A DNA stretch of 62,612 nt, filler included, from Candidatus Rokuibacteriota bacterium (GTDB lineage Bacteria > JAUVQV01 > DATDCY01), in assembly GCA_031406795.1 (NCBI GenBank). It is 4 parts of 4 records of this genome, joined end to end, with 100 filler letters (N's around TTAATTAATTAA, not from the genome) between each part and the next. Parts side by side here need not be neighbours in the genome. Positions count along the whole stretch, not along the records: positions 18,815 to 37,983 come from JANOHV010000055.1; 3 more parts are not named here. One strand, 5' to 3'. The position numbers and the translations under genes were made by a program. The notes beneath the pieces were generated by a model. It had not been told where the DNA came from and did not search any database. It saw only the letters and a list, made by a program, of their open reading frames with translations. Positions within the stretch are counted from its first letter, which is position 1. Every line of letters starts with the position of its first letter. Positions 29,492-37,968 of this stretch are shown one piece after another.

Positions 29492-29902
29492 ATGAGCGTT
29501 AGAACCATGCAGCGTTTCACCGCGGGATTGATGGTGTGCTTGCTGATCCACGCCGCGGGTGTAGCTCAGGCGACCGGCGAGCCAGGCAAGGGCGGGTGGG
29601 GCACACCGGGACCGACGGTTCTTGTATTCGGGCTCGGGGAGCGCTGTCGCTACTGCATGCAGCTCAAGCAGGAGATCGCGAAGGTGGTCGAAGTCACCGG
29701 GGACGCGGTGCGGTTCGTGGACTATCGCGTGGACCAGGAGCGGGACCGGGAGATGATCGCGCGGCACCGGGTGGTGCTCAGCCCGACCCTGGTATTCCTC
29801 GACGCGTCGGGCGCCGAGGTGTTCCGGCACCAGGGCCTCATGGACGCGGCCCAGATCCAGGAGAAGCTCGCAGCCTTCAAACTCTGGGTCAGGAGGGGGT
29901 GA
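29492..29902 (+). CDS. Exported thioredoxin-family protein
   Basis: Signal peptide, CRYC, SPTLVFLD. Confidence 0.85.
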   Translation: MSVRTMQRFTAGLMVCLLIHAAGVAQATGEPGKGGWGTPGPTVLVFGLGERCRYCMQLKQEIAKVVEVTGDAVRFVDYRVDQERDREMIARHRVVLSPTLVFLDASGAEVFRHQGLMDAAQIQEKLAAFKLWVRRG

Positions 29903-29909
29903 GCCGCTC

Positions 29910-30620
29910 GTGATCGACGCCCTGACCGATGTGGTGCGCGAATCCCTCGAGGGCAGGCCCTGGCTGGCCGGGGCGGCGGTGTTTCTTGGCGGAGTCACCA
30001 CGGCAGCGAACCCTTGCAGCCTGGCCAGCGTGCCCGTGATCATCGGCCTCGTGGGCGGGCAGGGCGCGGTGGCGAACTGGCGGCGCGGGCTCGGCTACTC
30101 GCTCACCTTCGTCGCCGGGTTGGCGGTCTCCTTCTCGCTGATGGCACTGGCGGCGGTGACCGCCGGCACGTACTTCGGCGGCACGAGCCCGTTGTGGCCC
30201 TGGGCGCTCGCGGCCGTCTGCTTCCTTACGGCGGCGCTGTTCTGGGACGTGTGGCACCTGAGCCTGCCGGAGTGGCTCGGGCGCTGGCGCCCGGCCAGGA
30301 GCGGTCTCCTCGGGGCGCTGGGGATGGGGCTCCTCTTCGGCGTGATTTCCGCACCGTGCGCGGCCCCGGTGCTCGTCCTCGTGCTGACCTACGTCGCGTC
30401 CAAGGCGAGCCTGGCGTACGGCTTCCTGCTCCTGTGGCTCTACGCCCTGGGTCACTGCGCGCTTGTCCTCCTGGCGGGAACATCCGTGGGTCTCGTCAAG
30501 TGGGTCCTGGCCTCCGAGCGCTATGCGCGCGCCAACCTGCTCATCCGCCGGTCGGCCGGCGTGGTCATTGCCCTGGCCGGGCTCTACTTGATCGTGAAGC
30601 AGATTCAGGCGGGATCCTAG
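29910..30620 (+). CDS. ccdA: CcdA/DsbD-family transmembrane electron transporter
   Basis: NPCSLASVP and APCAAP motifs, six TM segments. Confidence 0.85.
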   Translation: MIDALTDVVRESLEGRPWLAGAAVFLGGVTTAANPCSLASVPVIIGLVGGQGAVANWRRGLGYSLTFVAGLAVSFSLMALAAVTAGTYFGGTSPLWPWALAAVCFLTAALFWDVWHLSLPEWLGRWRPARSGLLGALGMGLLFGVISAPCAAPVLVLVLTYVASKASLAYGFLLLWLYALGHCALVLLAGTSVGLVKWVLASERYARANLLIRRSAGVVIALAGLYLIVKQIQAGS

Positions 30621-30685
30621 CCGGGGAGACGAGGAAGCCAACGTCGATGCTTCAACCGGAACCTGCGAGCGAGAGGAGTGAAGAG

Positions 30686-30937
30686 ATGGAGATCGAAGTT
30701 CTGGGCGTCGGCTGCCCGAAGTGCGCGCGGATGTATGAGGCGGTGGTGAACGCCGTGGAACTCGCCGGCCTCGAGGCGCAGGTCCGCAAGGTCTACGACC
30801 TCGATGAGATCATGCGCCGCGGGGTGGTCGCTTTCCCGGCCCTCGTGGTGGACGGCGAGATCCGATCGGTTGGGAAGCTGCTCGAACCGGAAGCCATAGC
30901 GCGCCTGCTGAAGCCACGGGCAGTCTCTGGAGGGTGA
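30686..30937 (+). CDS. Small redox-active disulfide protein (thioredoxin fold)
   Basis: MEIEVLGVGCPKC..FPALVVDG; AGGAG RBS. Confidence 0.88.
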   Translation: MEIEVLGVGCPKCARMYEAVVNAVELAGLEAQVRKVYDLDEIMRRGVVAFPALVVDGEIRSVGKLLEPEAIARLLKPRAVSGG

Positions 30938-31149
30938 GGCACCGGCGCGCATCCTCTTCAGGACTCGCCTCGTCACCCCCGAGGGCGAACGGTCCGCAGC
31001 GTGGCCGCTGCTGCCGCTCCGCGGCGAGGAAGTGGTGCAGTATCTCCGAGAAGCCGGCGTGGACGACATCCGCGAATTCGGTGACTACAACCGTATCGCC
31101 TATGCGCCGGACTCCCCTGCGCTGATCCTCCTGGGCCAGCGAAGATAAA
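30929..31149 (+). pseudogene. C-terminal remnant of a class I SAM methyltransferase-like protein
   Basis: Startless frame ..LREAGVDDIREFGDYNRIAYAPDSPALILLGQRR*. Confidence 0.5.
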
Positions 31150-32352
31150 TCAGGGAGGTGTTCTCGGCACTCCGGCAAGGAAGACCGGCACCGCCAGAAC
31201 GATGAGCCCGGCGAGCGCCAGGAACGCCGTCAGGTAGTCGAATCTCGCGATCAACACCCCTGCCAGGATCGGGCCGGAGGCGTGGCCGACGTCGAAGATC
31301 GTCCCGAAGGTGCCCATCGCGGTACCGAAGTGCCTTTCCTTGCAGAGATCCGCGACAAGAGCCGCGCCGGAGGAGGTGACGAGGGCCTCCCCGAAGCCAA
31401 AGACGGCCGCGGCCAGCAGCAGCGGCCAGAAGCCGCGGACCATCGGGATCGCCGCGAGCGCGAGGGCGCTGACGACGAGCCCGCCGGCGATCAGCGTCCT
31501 GCGCCCATAGCGGTCCGAGCTTCTGCCGATGACCGGCTTGGAGAGGATGGTGGTCACCACCTGCGCGCCCCAGAGCAGCCCGGCCTGGAACTCGTTGAGG
31601 CCGGCGACCATCACGGCGTAGATCGGCAGGAACGCCTCGAGGGCGCCGACCGCCAGATTCGCCATCCCCTCCATGATAGAGGTGATCACCACGCGGCGGT
31701 CGCTCGCGACCTCCCGGATGCCCGAGAAGAAGCGCTGCGAAGCCGCCGCCAGCCCGCCGCTCTCCGTCCGACCCTGACCGTCCTTGAGGAGCCTGAGGAA
31801 GAGCAACAGGGCCACCATACCCGTGACGCCGCTCAGAAGATACGCGAGGTGGAAATCCTGCAGCGCCGGCGCTGTCGATCCCTGGCCGTGGTGCAGGATC
31901 AGACCTCCGAGCGGCGCGCCGAGGAGATTGCCGATGATCGTCACCGACGAGAACCAGGAGAGCATCTCCCCCTTCCGCGCTCCGGCGACATCGGCGACGA
32001 CGGCCATCGAGACCGGGCCATAGACTGCCGTGGCCATGCCGTGCAGGAAGCGGATCAGGACCAGCGGACCGTAGGACGAGACGCCGAGGTAGGCGAACGG
32101 CATGAAAGCAAAGAAGAGCAGGCCGATGAGCATCGTCCGCCGGCGCCCGATGACATCCGAGAGCGCGCCCGCCGGGAGTTTGAAGAAGATCCCGGTGACC
32201 GTCGAGATGCCGACCGCGAATCCGATCGCCTCGGGGCCCGCGCCAAGCGAGAGCGCGAAGAGGGGCAACACGGGGCTGCGAGCGAGAGCGTACGAGAGGC
32301 GCGCGAAGAAGCCGACACAGCAGAGGGCGGCGAACGGGCTCAAAGCGCGCAT
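31150..32352 (-). CDS. MFS transporter
   Basis: GALSDVIGRR and GRSSDRYGRR motif A, about 12 TM segments. Confidence 0.92.
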   Translation of the reverse strand: MRALSPFAALCCVGFFARLSYALARSPVLPLFALSLGAGPEAIGFAVGISTVTGIFFKLPAGALSDVIGRRRTMLIGLLFFAFMPFAYLGVSSYGPLVLIRFLHGMATAVYGPVSMAVVADVAGARKGEMLSWFSSVTIIGNLLGAPLGGLILHHGQGSTAPALQDFHLAYLLSGVTGMVALLLFLRLLKDGQGRTESGGLAAASQRFFSGIREVASDRRVVITSIMEGMANLAVGALEAFLPIYAVMVAGLNEFQAGLLWGAQVVTTILSKPVIGRSSDRYGRRTLIAGGLVVSALALAAIPMVRGFWPLLLAAAVFGFGEALVTSSGAALVADLCKERHFGTAMGTFGTIFDVGHASGPILAGVLIARFDYLTAFLALAGLIVLAVPVFLAGVPRTPP

Positions 32353-32362
32353 AGCGGCTATC

Positions 32363-32917
32363 CTAGTGTTTTGCCGGGGCCTGCCGGTCGAAGTAGATAC
32401 TCTTGCCCGTGATGCTCACCGGGATGCCGAGCACCACTTCGCCCTTGATGAGCCCTAGCGCCCGAGCGGCCGCGCCGACGCGCTGCTGCACGCGGTTATC
32501 GACCGAGAGCAGGCTCGCGGCCTTCGCCGCCGACGCGAGTGCGACGCCGATGTCGATCATGCGCATCACGCAGTGCGGGCCGGTGTAGCCCATCTCCTTC
32601 GCGATCAGAGTGCGGGTCTTCGCGAACTCGGCGCAGGTGGCCGCGCCGCAGGCGCCGCAGTCATAGCCGGCGGTCACCGGCTTCGCGAGGCCGACGAGCA
32701 ACAGTGCTTGCGAGCCTTCGATGTTTCCGGCGTCACGCATCCAGAAGGCCTCGTTGGTGCTGCGCGGGGCGTGATCGCGCATCGAAGCCGCGATTCGCTT
32801 CAGATCCTCCTCCGCCGTCACGACGACGATCTCGAGGAAGTCCTTGCCGCCGGCCTTGGGCGCCGTACGCGCCGCAGCCGCCATGAGTTTTGCCGCCATC
32901 TCCGCAACTTCCTTCAT
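32363..32917 (-). CDS. DUF2148 ferredoxin-like domain protein
   Basis: AARTAPK, CGACGAATC, DIGVALASA, DNRV. Confidence 0.8.
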   Translation of the reverse strand: MKEVAEMAAKLMAAAARTAPKAGGKDFLEIVVVTAEEDLKRIAASMRDHAPRSTNEAFWMRDAGNIEGSQALLLVGLAKPVTAGYDCGACGAATCAEFAKTRTLIAKEMGYTGPHCVMRMIDIGVALASAAKAASLLSVDNRVQQRVGAAARALGLIKGEVVLGIPVSITGKSIYFDRQAPAKH

Positions 32918-32989
32918 GCCGATTCTCCTTGTGTCATCACGGCCATAACCGTTGTCCAGACCCGTCCGCCGCTGCCGGAGCGGCGAGCG

Positions 32990-33544
32990 TCATGAGTTGG
33001 CATTTATCAATCCCTGGATCTCGCGATGGTAGCCGAGATACCGCTCCATCGTTCGCGTGTTCTTTCCGTAATGCGGGTGCCCTCTGAGGATCTCCTCGAA
33101 GTTGCTCTCCGCGTCTTGTTCGTCCTCGAGGGCCACGAGACCCTCCGTGATGATGTCCACCAGTCTGTCCGCGTAGATGACGATCCGCTCCTCCAGACGC
33201 CTGGGCCTGTAGTCAATCTCGGGAAGGCCGAGCTCGCGGGCTTCCTCCAGCGAAAGCCCTCCGTGGAAGTGCTTTTCCATGAGGCCGGTGATTGCCGGGG
33301 GCAGCCCCATCTTCCGGCCGATCTCGGCGCCGAGTTCGCCGTGCTGGAATGAGTGCGTCAGCGCCTTGCCGAGATCGTGGAGGAGCGCACCCCGGCCGAC
33401 CAGTTCGAGGTCCATCTCGCGGCCCGTTCGCCGGGCGATCTGGAGAGCTTTCTCGGCCACCCAGACACAGTGGCGCATATCGTCCTCACTGACCCCGGCC
33501 TTCCAGAGGAGCGCCAGGTCCGTCTGCTGTATCCGATAGTCCAT
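32990..33544 (-). CDS. HD (HDIG) domain metal-dependent phosphohydrolase
   Basis: RHC, LLHDLGK, HGELG, KH, YADR. Confidence 0.85.
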   Translation of the reverse strand: MDYRIQQTDLALLWKAGVSEDDMRHCVWVAEKALQIARRTGREMDLELVGRGALLHDLGKALTHSFQHGELGAEIGRKMGLPPAITGLMEKHFHGGLSLEEARELGLPEIDYRPRRLEERIVIYADRLVDIITEGLVALEDEQDAESNFEEILRGHPHYGKNTRTMERYLGYHREIQGLINANS

Positions 33545-33613
33545 GGTCTTCTTGCTCCTTGTGTCAGGAACCATCTATTGAGGAGGGCTTCTCCGCCATG
33601 CGCGTTCGTCCTC

Positions 33614-34594
33614 TCAGCGGCTTTTTGCGGCGTACAGCATTTCGAAGACCGCCATGCCGCGATCGAGGGCGTCCGCGTCGTCACGGGCGATACGGAGAAT
33701 GCCGGCGAGGATCTCCTCAACTCCGGCCGCTTCGGTAGAATGGTAGCGATCATCCTTGATGTCGAGGTCGTGGACGATCTCGGCCACTTTCGTGAGAGCG
33801 GCATTCTTGATTTCAAATGAGCGCACGAGAACCTCGAAGGTGCACAAGTCCCCGGCGTGGGTGAACTCCGCTCCCGTGACGTCGAACACCACGGTGTCTT
33901 TCCCGGCGGCTGGCGCCTCAGCCTCGTCGATGAACTCGAACATGGCCTCCGGATCGATGAACCTCCGAATCAGCCAGGCCGAGGCCATCCGATCGACGAA
34001 GGGGTTCCTTCTGGTCAGCCAACGCTTCCCTCGATAGGCTTCGACAGATCGTCGTGCGATCCCGGTGTATGCAGCAGAGCCCTTCTCGATTCCTTTCAGT
34101 GCTTGGAGTGCGGAGGAATTCTGAGTGAGGCGTGTCTCAAGCGCCAATCCGGACGCCGCAGAGAAGAAGTCCGTCCGCCGCGCTTCGTCGAAGTCCTTTT
34201 GAATTTTCGCGAGTTGAGATGTGAGTCTCCGGATGCTCGGCATTGCTCCACCCGGGCGCATGCTTTCGATCCGGCGTTCTGCGACGTCGAGCGCTTTCGC
34301 TATCTGCTGGTAGTCGCTTTCCTTTCGACGTCGGAAAAGAGCGACGATTTCGGCGCCCGGGACGGTGTCAATCCGTTCCGCCCGCACGAAGGCGGCCTCC
34401 CCGCCCATGCCGATAATCTCCTGGACGAGCCACTGGAAGAATTCGATATGTTCCTCGTTCATCGGGAGGATGTATGCAGACCCCTTGATTTGCACCGCAC
34501 CCGACTTCACGAGTTTCCTCCAGACCTTGACCCGGTTTCCTACGGGCTTCGTAGGGAGGGAAGAAAAAAAGAGAAGCCATCCCTTGTAACTCAT
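33614..34594 (-). CDS. chrB: ChrB-family chromate resistance protein/regulator
   Basis: RVKVWRKL, WLTRRNPFVDRMASAWLIRRFIDP, FTHAGDLCTFE. Confidence 0.88.
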   Translation of the reverse strand: MSYKGWLLFFSSLPTKPVGNRVKVWRKLVKSGAVQIKGSAYILPMNEEHIEFFQWLVQEIIGMGGEAAFVRAERIDTVPGAEIVALFRRRKESDYQQIAKALDVAERRIESMRPGGAMPSIRRLTSQLAKIQKDFDEARRTDFFSAASGLALETRLTQNSSALQALKGIEKGSAAYTGIARRSVEAYRGKRWLTRRNPFVDRMASAWLIRRFIDPEAMFEFIDEAEAPAAGKDTVVFDVTGAEFTHAGDLCTFEVLVRSFEIKNAALTKVAEIVHDLDIKDDRYHSTEAAGVEEILAGILRIARDDADALDRGMAVFEMLYAAKSR

Positions 34595-34601
34595 GGATGC
34601 A

Positions 34602-34619
34602 ATGTAATAGTAGTTACAT
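34602..34619. promoter_or_regulatory. Palindromic putative operator upstream of chrB
   Basis: ATGTAA-N6-TTACAT, 7 bp before the start codon. Confidence 0.55.
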
Positions 34620-34718
34620 AGATTAGCAATGGAAGAATGAGAAGTGGCGGAATAGAGCGGCATGGTGGATGTTCTTTATCCTCGCGCGACTGGCCCCCCA
34701 CTCAAGCCGCGCCTCAAA

Positions 34719-34922
34719 TCAACTGGAGTTTGAAAAGTCTTGCCAATCGAACCAGGAATTTTCCCTTGGGCTCCCTCGTGCCCCGCTCCCATCTCGCCAG
34801 CGTCCCAGGGTCCACTGGAGGCGCCGGGCCATGGCCTCCTGGCTCAGTCCGATGTACCTCCGAATCCAGGTCAGCCGTTCCCCGGGAGTCCAGTCCGGGT
34901 CGAAAGGGGTTTCTTTGCTTTG
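34719..34922 (-). pseudogene. XRE-HTH remnant with internal deletion (junction C)
   Basis: KAKKP joined directly to PFDPDWTPGERLTWIRRYIGLSQEAM. Confidence 0.8.
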
Positions 34923-34924
34923 AG

Positions 34925-35116
34925 TGCCGCCACGACGAAGGCGGCGCTTGTCTCCTCGAGGGGGCGATGCGCGCGCTCGGCCTCTCAGCGCGTGGCTACG
35001 CCCGAGTGCTCAAAGTCGCCCGTATCATTGCGGATCTGGGGGTGAGCCGAAGATCGGCCTCACTCACATCGCCGAGTCGATCCAGTGTCGGGGAGCAGCC
35101 GCGTCATCTGAACTGA
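34925..35116 (+). pseudogene. comM: comM/yifB 3' fragment (junction C), frameshifted
   Basis: CRHDEGGACLLEGAMRALGLSARGYARVLKVARIIADL..EPKIGLTHIAESIQ. Confidence 0.88.
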
Positions 35117-35126
35117 ACGCAATCGG

Positions 35127-35366
35127 TTACACAGGTGGCTCGTATTTGTCTCCAGGTTCAACCCGCACAGAGATCCTTTTCGGCGAATAGCGACTGGTGG
35201 TGGGGCCGTAATGGTCGGCGAGGTGGCGCAGGAAGTCGGCGAACGCCTCGATCTCATCGTCTTCTTGCTCCTGGTAGACGATTTCCTCGCCCGAGTCCTC
35301 GCCGTCCGACTCGACCCGCAGCACGGCTCCGTTCTGCACCCGACGAATCTCGAATTTCATTGCCAT
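35127..35366 (-). CDS. Small acidic hypothetical protein
   Basis: Compact 79-aa ORF with GGGGGA RBS and natural composition. Confidence 0.6.
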   Translation of the reverse strand: MAMKFEIRRVQNGAVLRVESDGEDSGEEIVYQEQEDDEIEAFADFLRHLADHYGPTTSRYSPKRISVRVEPGDKYEPPV

Positions 35367-35477
35367 GATCCCCCATTGTCAGACGGAGAGGCATACAGCC
35401 ATCAACAAACGGAATTACGTCTGCGGGGAAGAAATGCTACCTCAGCCCTCTTGTGGTTGACAGGCAGCTGAGTCAGT

Positions 35478-35804
35478 TTAATGCATGCGGCGGCGGCCAC
35501 TGGCGCGTGCGGTTCTGCGTTTGAGCCACTTGCCGAACGACTCCTGGCTCTCTCCCGATGGCTTGCCTGACAACAAGCCTTCGATACTGATGTCTTCGTC
35601 GAGGTCTTCCCAGTGGATGCCGAGCCCGCGGCCGATCAGTCGCCATTTGCGGCGCTCCGCCGGAGTGGCGTGGACGAGCCTCGGGAACCACTCGAGGGGT
35701 ACGGTGATCGATCTCCCGTCGCTCAGGTCGACAGTTAGACTTTCACCCGTCGCCTTCACGGAGAGAGCCTTGGGGATCTCGATTTCAATGACCGAAGTAG
35801 CCAT
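35478..35804 (-). CDS. DUF2442 protein (putative antitoxin)
   Basis: LSDGRSITVPLEWFPRL, GIHWEDLDEDISIEGLL. Confidence 0.88.
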   Translation of the reverse strand: MATSVIEIEIPKALSVKATGESLTVDLSDGRSITVPLEWFPRLVHATPAERRKWRLIGRGLGIHWEDLDEDISIEGLLSGKPSGESQESFGKWLKRRTARASGRRRMH

Positions 35805-36021
35805 GCCATGCCTCCAGAAGTTGCGCTTGATTCTCGTCGATCAACCGGTGAATTCTGCCTATTTCGCTGCGGGAAAAGCCTGCGCTGCCCTGCAGACGTA
35901 TCGGATCGAGCCAGAATTTCGCGACCTTGTCGCCGTTCTCGACATGAACGTGCGGCGGTTCGTCTTTATCTCCGGCATAGCAGTAAAATCGAAACGGCCC
36001 CCTCCGCAAGAGTGTCGGCAT
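35785..36021 (-). CDS. DUF4160 protein (putative HicA-like toxin)
   Basis: MPT..FRFY..EPPHVHV..AKFWL. Confidence 0.88.
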   Translation of the reverse strand: MPTLLRRGPFRFYCYAGDKDEPPHVHVENGDKVAKFWLDPIRLQGSAGFSRSEIGRIHRLIDENQAQLLEAWHGYFGH

Positions 36022-36081
36022 TGGGGCAGTCTAACATAAGCAGTCAGGCAGCTCGCTGCCTGAGGTCTGCCGCCTCCGGGT

Positions 36082-36408
36082 TCACAGGAGGACGCCTTCC
36101 TTGCGGGCGTTCCGGTAGAGCGAGAACTCGCCCTCGGCATAAACCGTCGCTTCCACCGGAAGAGCGTGAATCGGGCGCTCGACTTCCAACTGCAGGGGAT
36201 AGAGGGCGTCGATGATGGTTTTCAGGTCTTTCCCTAGCGCCATCGGGCCGCGAAGCAGTACGAGGAGGTCCGCGTCGCTGTCCGAATCGGCTGTGCCGCG
36301 GGCTTCGGATCCGTAGAGAACCACACCCTGCAGGCGGTCGCCGAATGCATCGGCCAAGAGCGCGTGGATGCGTGCTCGGATAGCGGCGTCGACCTTTTGT
36401 ACGGACAT
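36082..36408 (-). CDS. Minimal nucleotidyltransferase; HEPN partner reduced to a 13-codon stub (36044-36085)
   Basis: LYGSEARG..DSDADL, NARKEGV; GTGA overlap into VNPEAADLRQRAA*. Confidence 0.82.
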   Translation of the reverse strand: MSVQKVDAAIRARIHALLADAFGDRLQGVVLYGSEARGTADSDSDADLLVLLRGPMALGKDLKTIIDALYPLQLEVERPIHALPVEATVYAEGEFSLYRNARKEGVLL

Positions 36409-36497
36409 GCGACCACCTCCCAGACGGAACTGGTGAAAGTATAGCAGAACATTTCCTGTGCATTCCTGAATGATCGGACGCATTATGTCCTGTTTTG

Positions 36498-36944
36498 TCA
36501 TGCCGGTGTATTTGAACAGGCGCATTCATCCAAGAATTTAGCCAGCCTCATGAGTAGTCTGCCTTTGGGCTCCCTCTCCCCCCGCTCCCACTTCGCCAGT
36601 GTGCCTGGATCCACCCTGAGCCGCTGAGCCATGGCCTCCTGGCTCAGCCCGAGGTGCCGCCGGATCCAGGTCAGACGTTCCCCGGGCGTCCAGCCCGGGT
36701 CGAAAGGACAGGAGCCAAGAAATTCGATGATCTTCGGCCAGTAGGGGAAAGTCGGATTGGCCTTCCCTCGCTCCCAGATGTAAACGCAACACTCCGTCGC
36801 TCCGATTCGTTGCCCCACCTCCTGTTGGAGGAGTCCCAGCTCAAACCGTCTTTTCCTGAGGTGGTACGCGGTCGACCATAGGCGAGCATGTTGTGGATAT
36901 GGAAGGGGTTTCTTTGCTTTCAGGCTGAAACAGCAGAAAGGCAA
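36498..36944 (-). CDS. Tandem XRE-HTH protein (junction D)
   Basis: Two HTH units: LRKRRFELGLLQQEVG..WERG and RRHLGLSQEAMA..WERGEREP; TTG start. Confidence 0.75.
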   Translation of the reverse strand: MPFCCFSLKAKKPLPYPQHARLWSTAYHLRKRRFELGLLQQEVGQRIGATECCVYIWERGKANPTFPYWPKIIEFLGSCPFDPGWTPGERLTWIRRHLGLSQEAMAQRLRVDPGTLAKWERGEREPKGRLLMRLAKFLDECACSNTPA

Positions 36945-36952
36945 CGCAACGG

Positions 36953-37429
36953 TGCAAGTGCGGATTTAGGGGGGATCGCCTGCGCGCCTGCCGCTGCACG
37001 CCGCACGACGTGGACGAGTACCGTTCGCGAATTTCCGGTCCGCTGCTGGACCGCATCGATCTGCGTGTGGAGGTGCCGGCGCTGGCGTACGAGGAGCTCG
37101 TGACGGCGCCGCTGGGGGAGGGGACGGCGCCCGTGAGAGCGCGGGTCGAAAGTGCGCGTGCCCGGCAGCGAGAGCGCCTGAGGGGAGCGGCGATCTACTG
37201 CAATGCCCAGATGGGGGCGCGCGAGGTCCGCGAGCACTGCCGCCACGACGAAGGCGGCGCCCGCCTGCTCGAGGGGGCGATGCGTGCGCTGGGCCTCTCG
37301 GCGCGCGGATATGCGCGGGTGCTCAAGGTGGCGCGCACCATCGCGGATCTGGCGGGCGAGCCGAAGATCGGCATCACCCACATCGCCGAGTCGATTCAGT
37401 ACCGGGAGCAGCCGCGTCATCTGGGTTGA
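36953..37429 (+). pseudogene. comM: comM/yifB 3' part (junction D), frame intact but lacking the 5' portion
   Basis: [38 protein letters not shown]. Confidence 0.92.
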
Positions 37430-37432
37430 GGG

Positions 37433-37612
37433 GAGACCTTTAAGGGCGAGGCGGGACCAACAGCGTTCCTCGTGAGCCTCAAGGCTGGCGGCCTGGGGCT
37501 GAAACTAAAGCGGCGCAAGCTCGCCCTCTACCGCGCGGTGCTCGCCTGGGAGGCCGCCGGGCGTCGCGGCGCCGCGAGCTCGCGCGAGGACTTCGGCTTC
37601 CTGCTCGAGTGA
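37433..37612 (+). pseudogene. SNF2-type helicase C-terminal remnant
   Basis: AFLVSLKAGGLGLKL joined to RKLALYRAVL..REDFGFLLE*. Confidence 0.6.
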
Positions 37613-37671
37613 GACTGCCCGGACGAGGCCGCCCGGATACATCACAAATCGTCGTGTGCTATAGTTCGGCC

Positions 37672-37968
37672 ATGGCTGCGCTCAGCGTGTCGCAGGAAAA
37701 AGTCAGTGATTTCTGCCGCAGGAACCACATCAGGAAGCTCTCCTTTTTCGGTTCCGTGCTGCGGGACGATTTTGGGCCCGACAGCGACCTAGATGTGATC
37801 GTGGAATTCGAACCGGGGCACGTCCCCGGACTCCGCTACTTCGCCATGGAGCGGGAGCTGTCCGAGATCCTCGGCCGCAAGGTTGACCTGAACACTCCTG
37901 GAACCCTGAGCAAGTACTTCCGCGACCGGGTACTCGCCGAGGCCGAGCCGCAGTATGTCGCACCGTGA
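37672..37968 (+). CDS. Minimal nucleotidyltransferase (second MntA-type copy)
   Basis: Near-identical to 19382-19678. Confidence 0.9.
   Translation: MAALSVSQEKVSDFCRRNHIRKLSFFGSVLRDDFGPDSDLDVIVEFEPGHVPGLRYFAMERELSEILGRKVDLNTPGTLSKYFRDRVLAEAEPQYVAP

Noticed and set aside
34595-34718. Fluoride riboswitch upstream of chrB
   Set aside because: I could not find the consensus elements by eye
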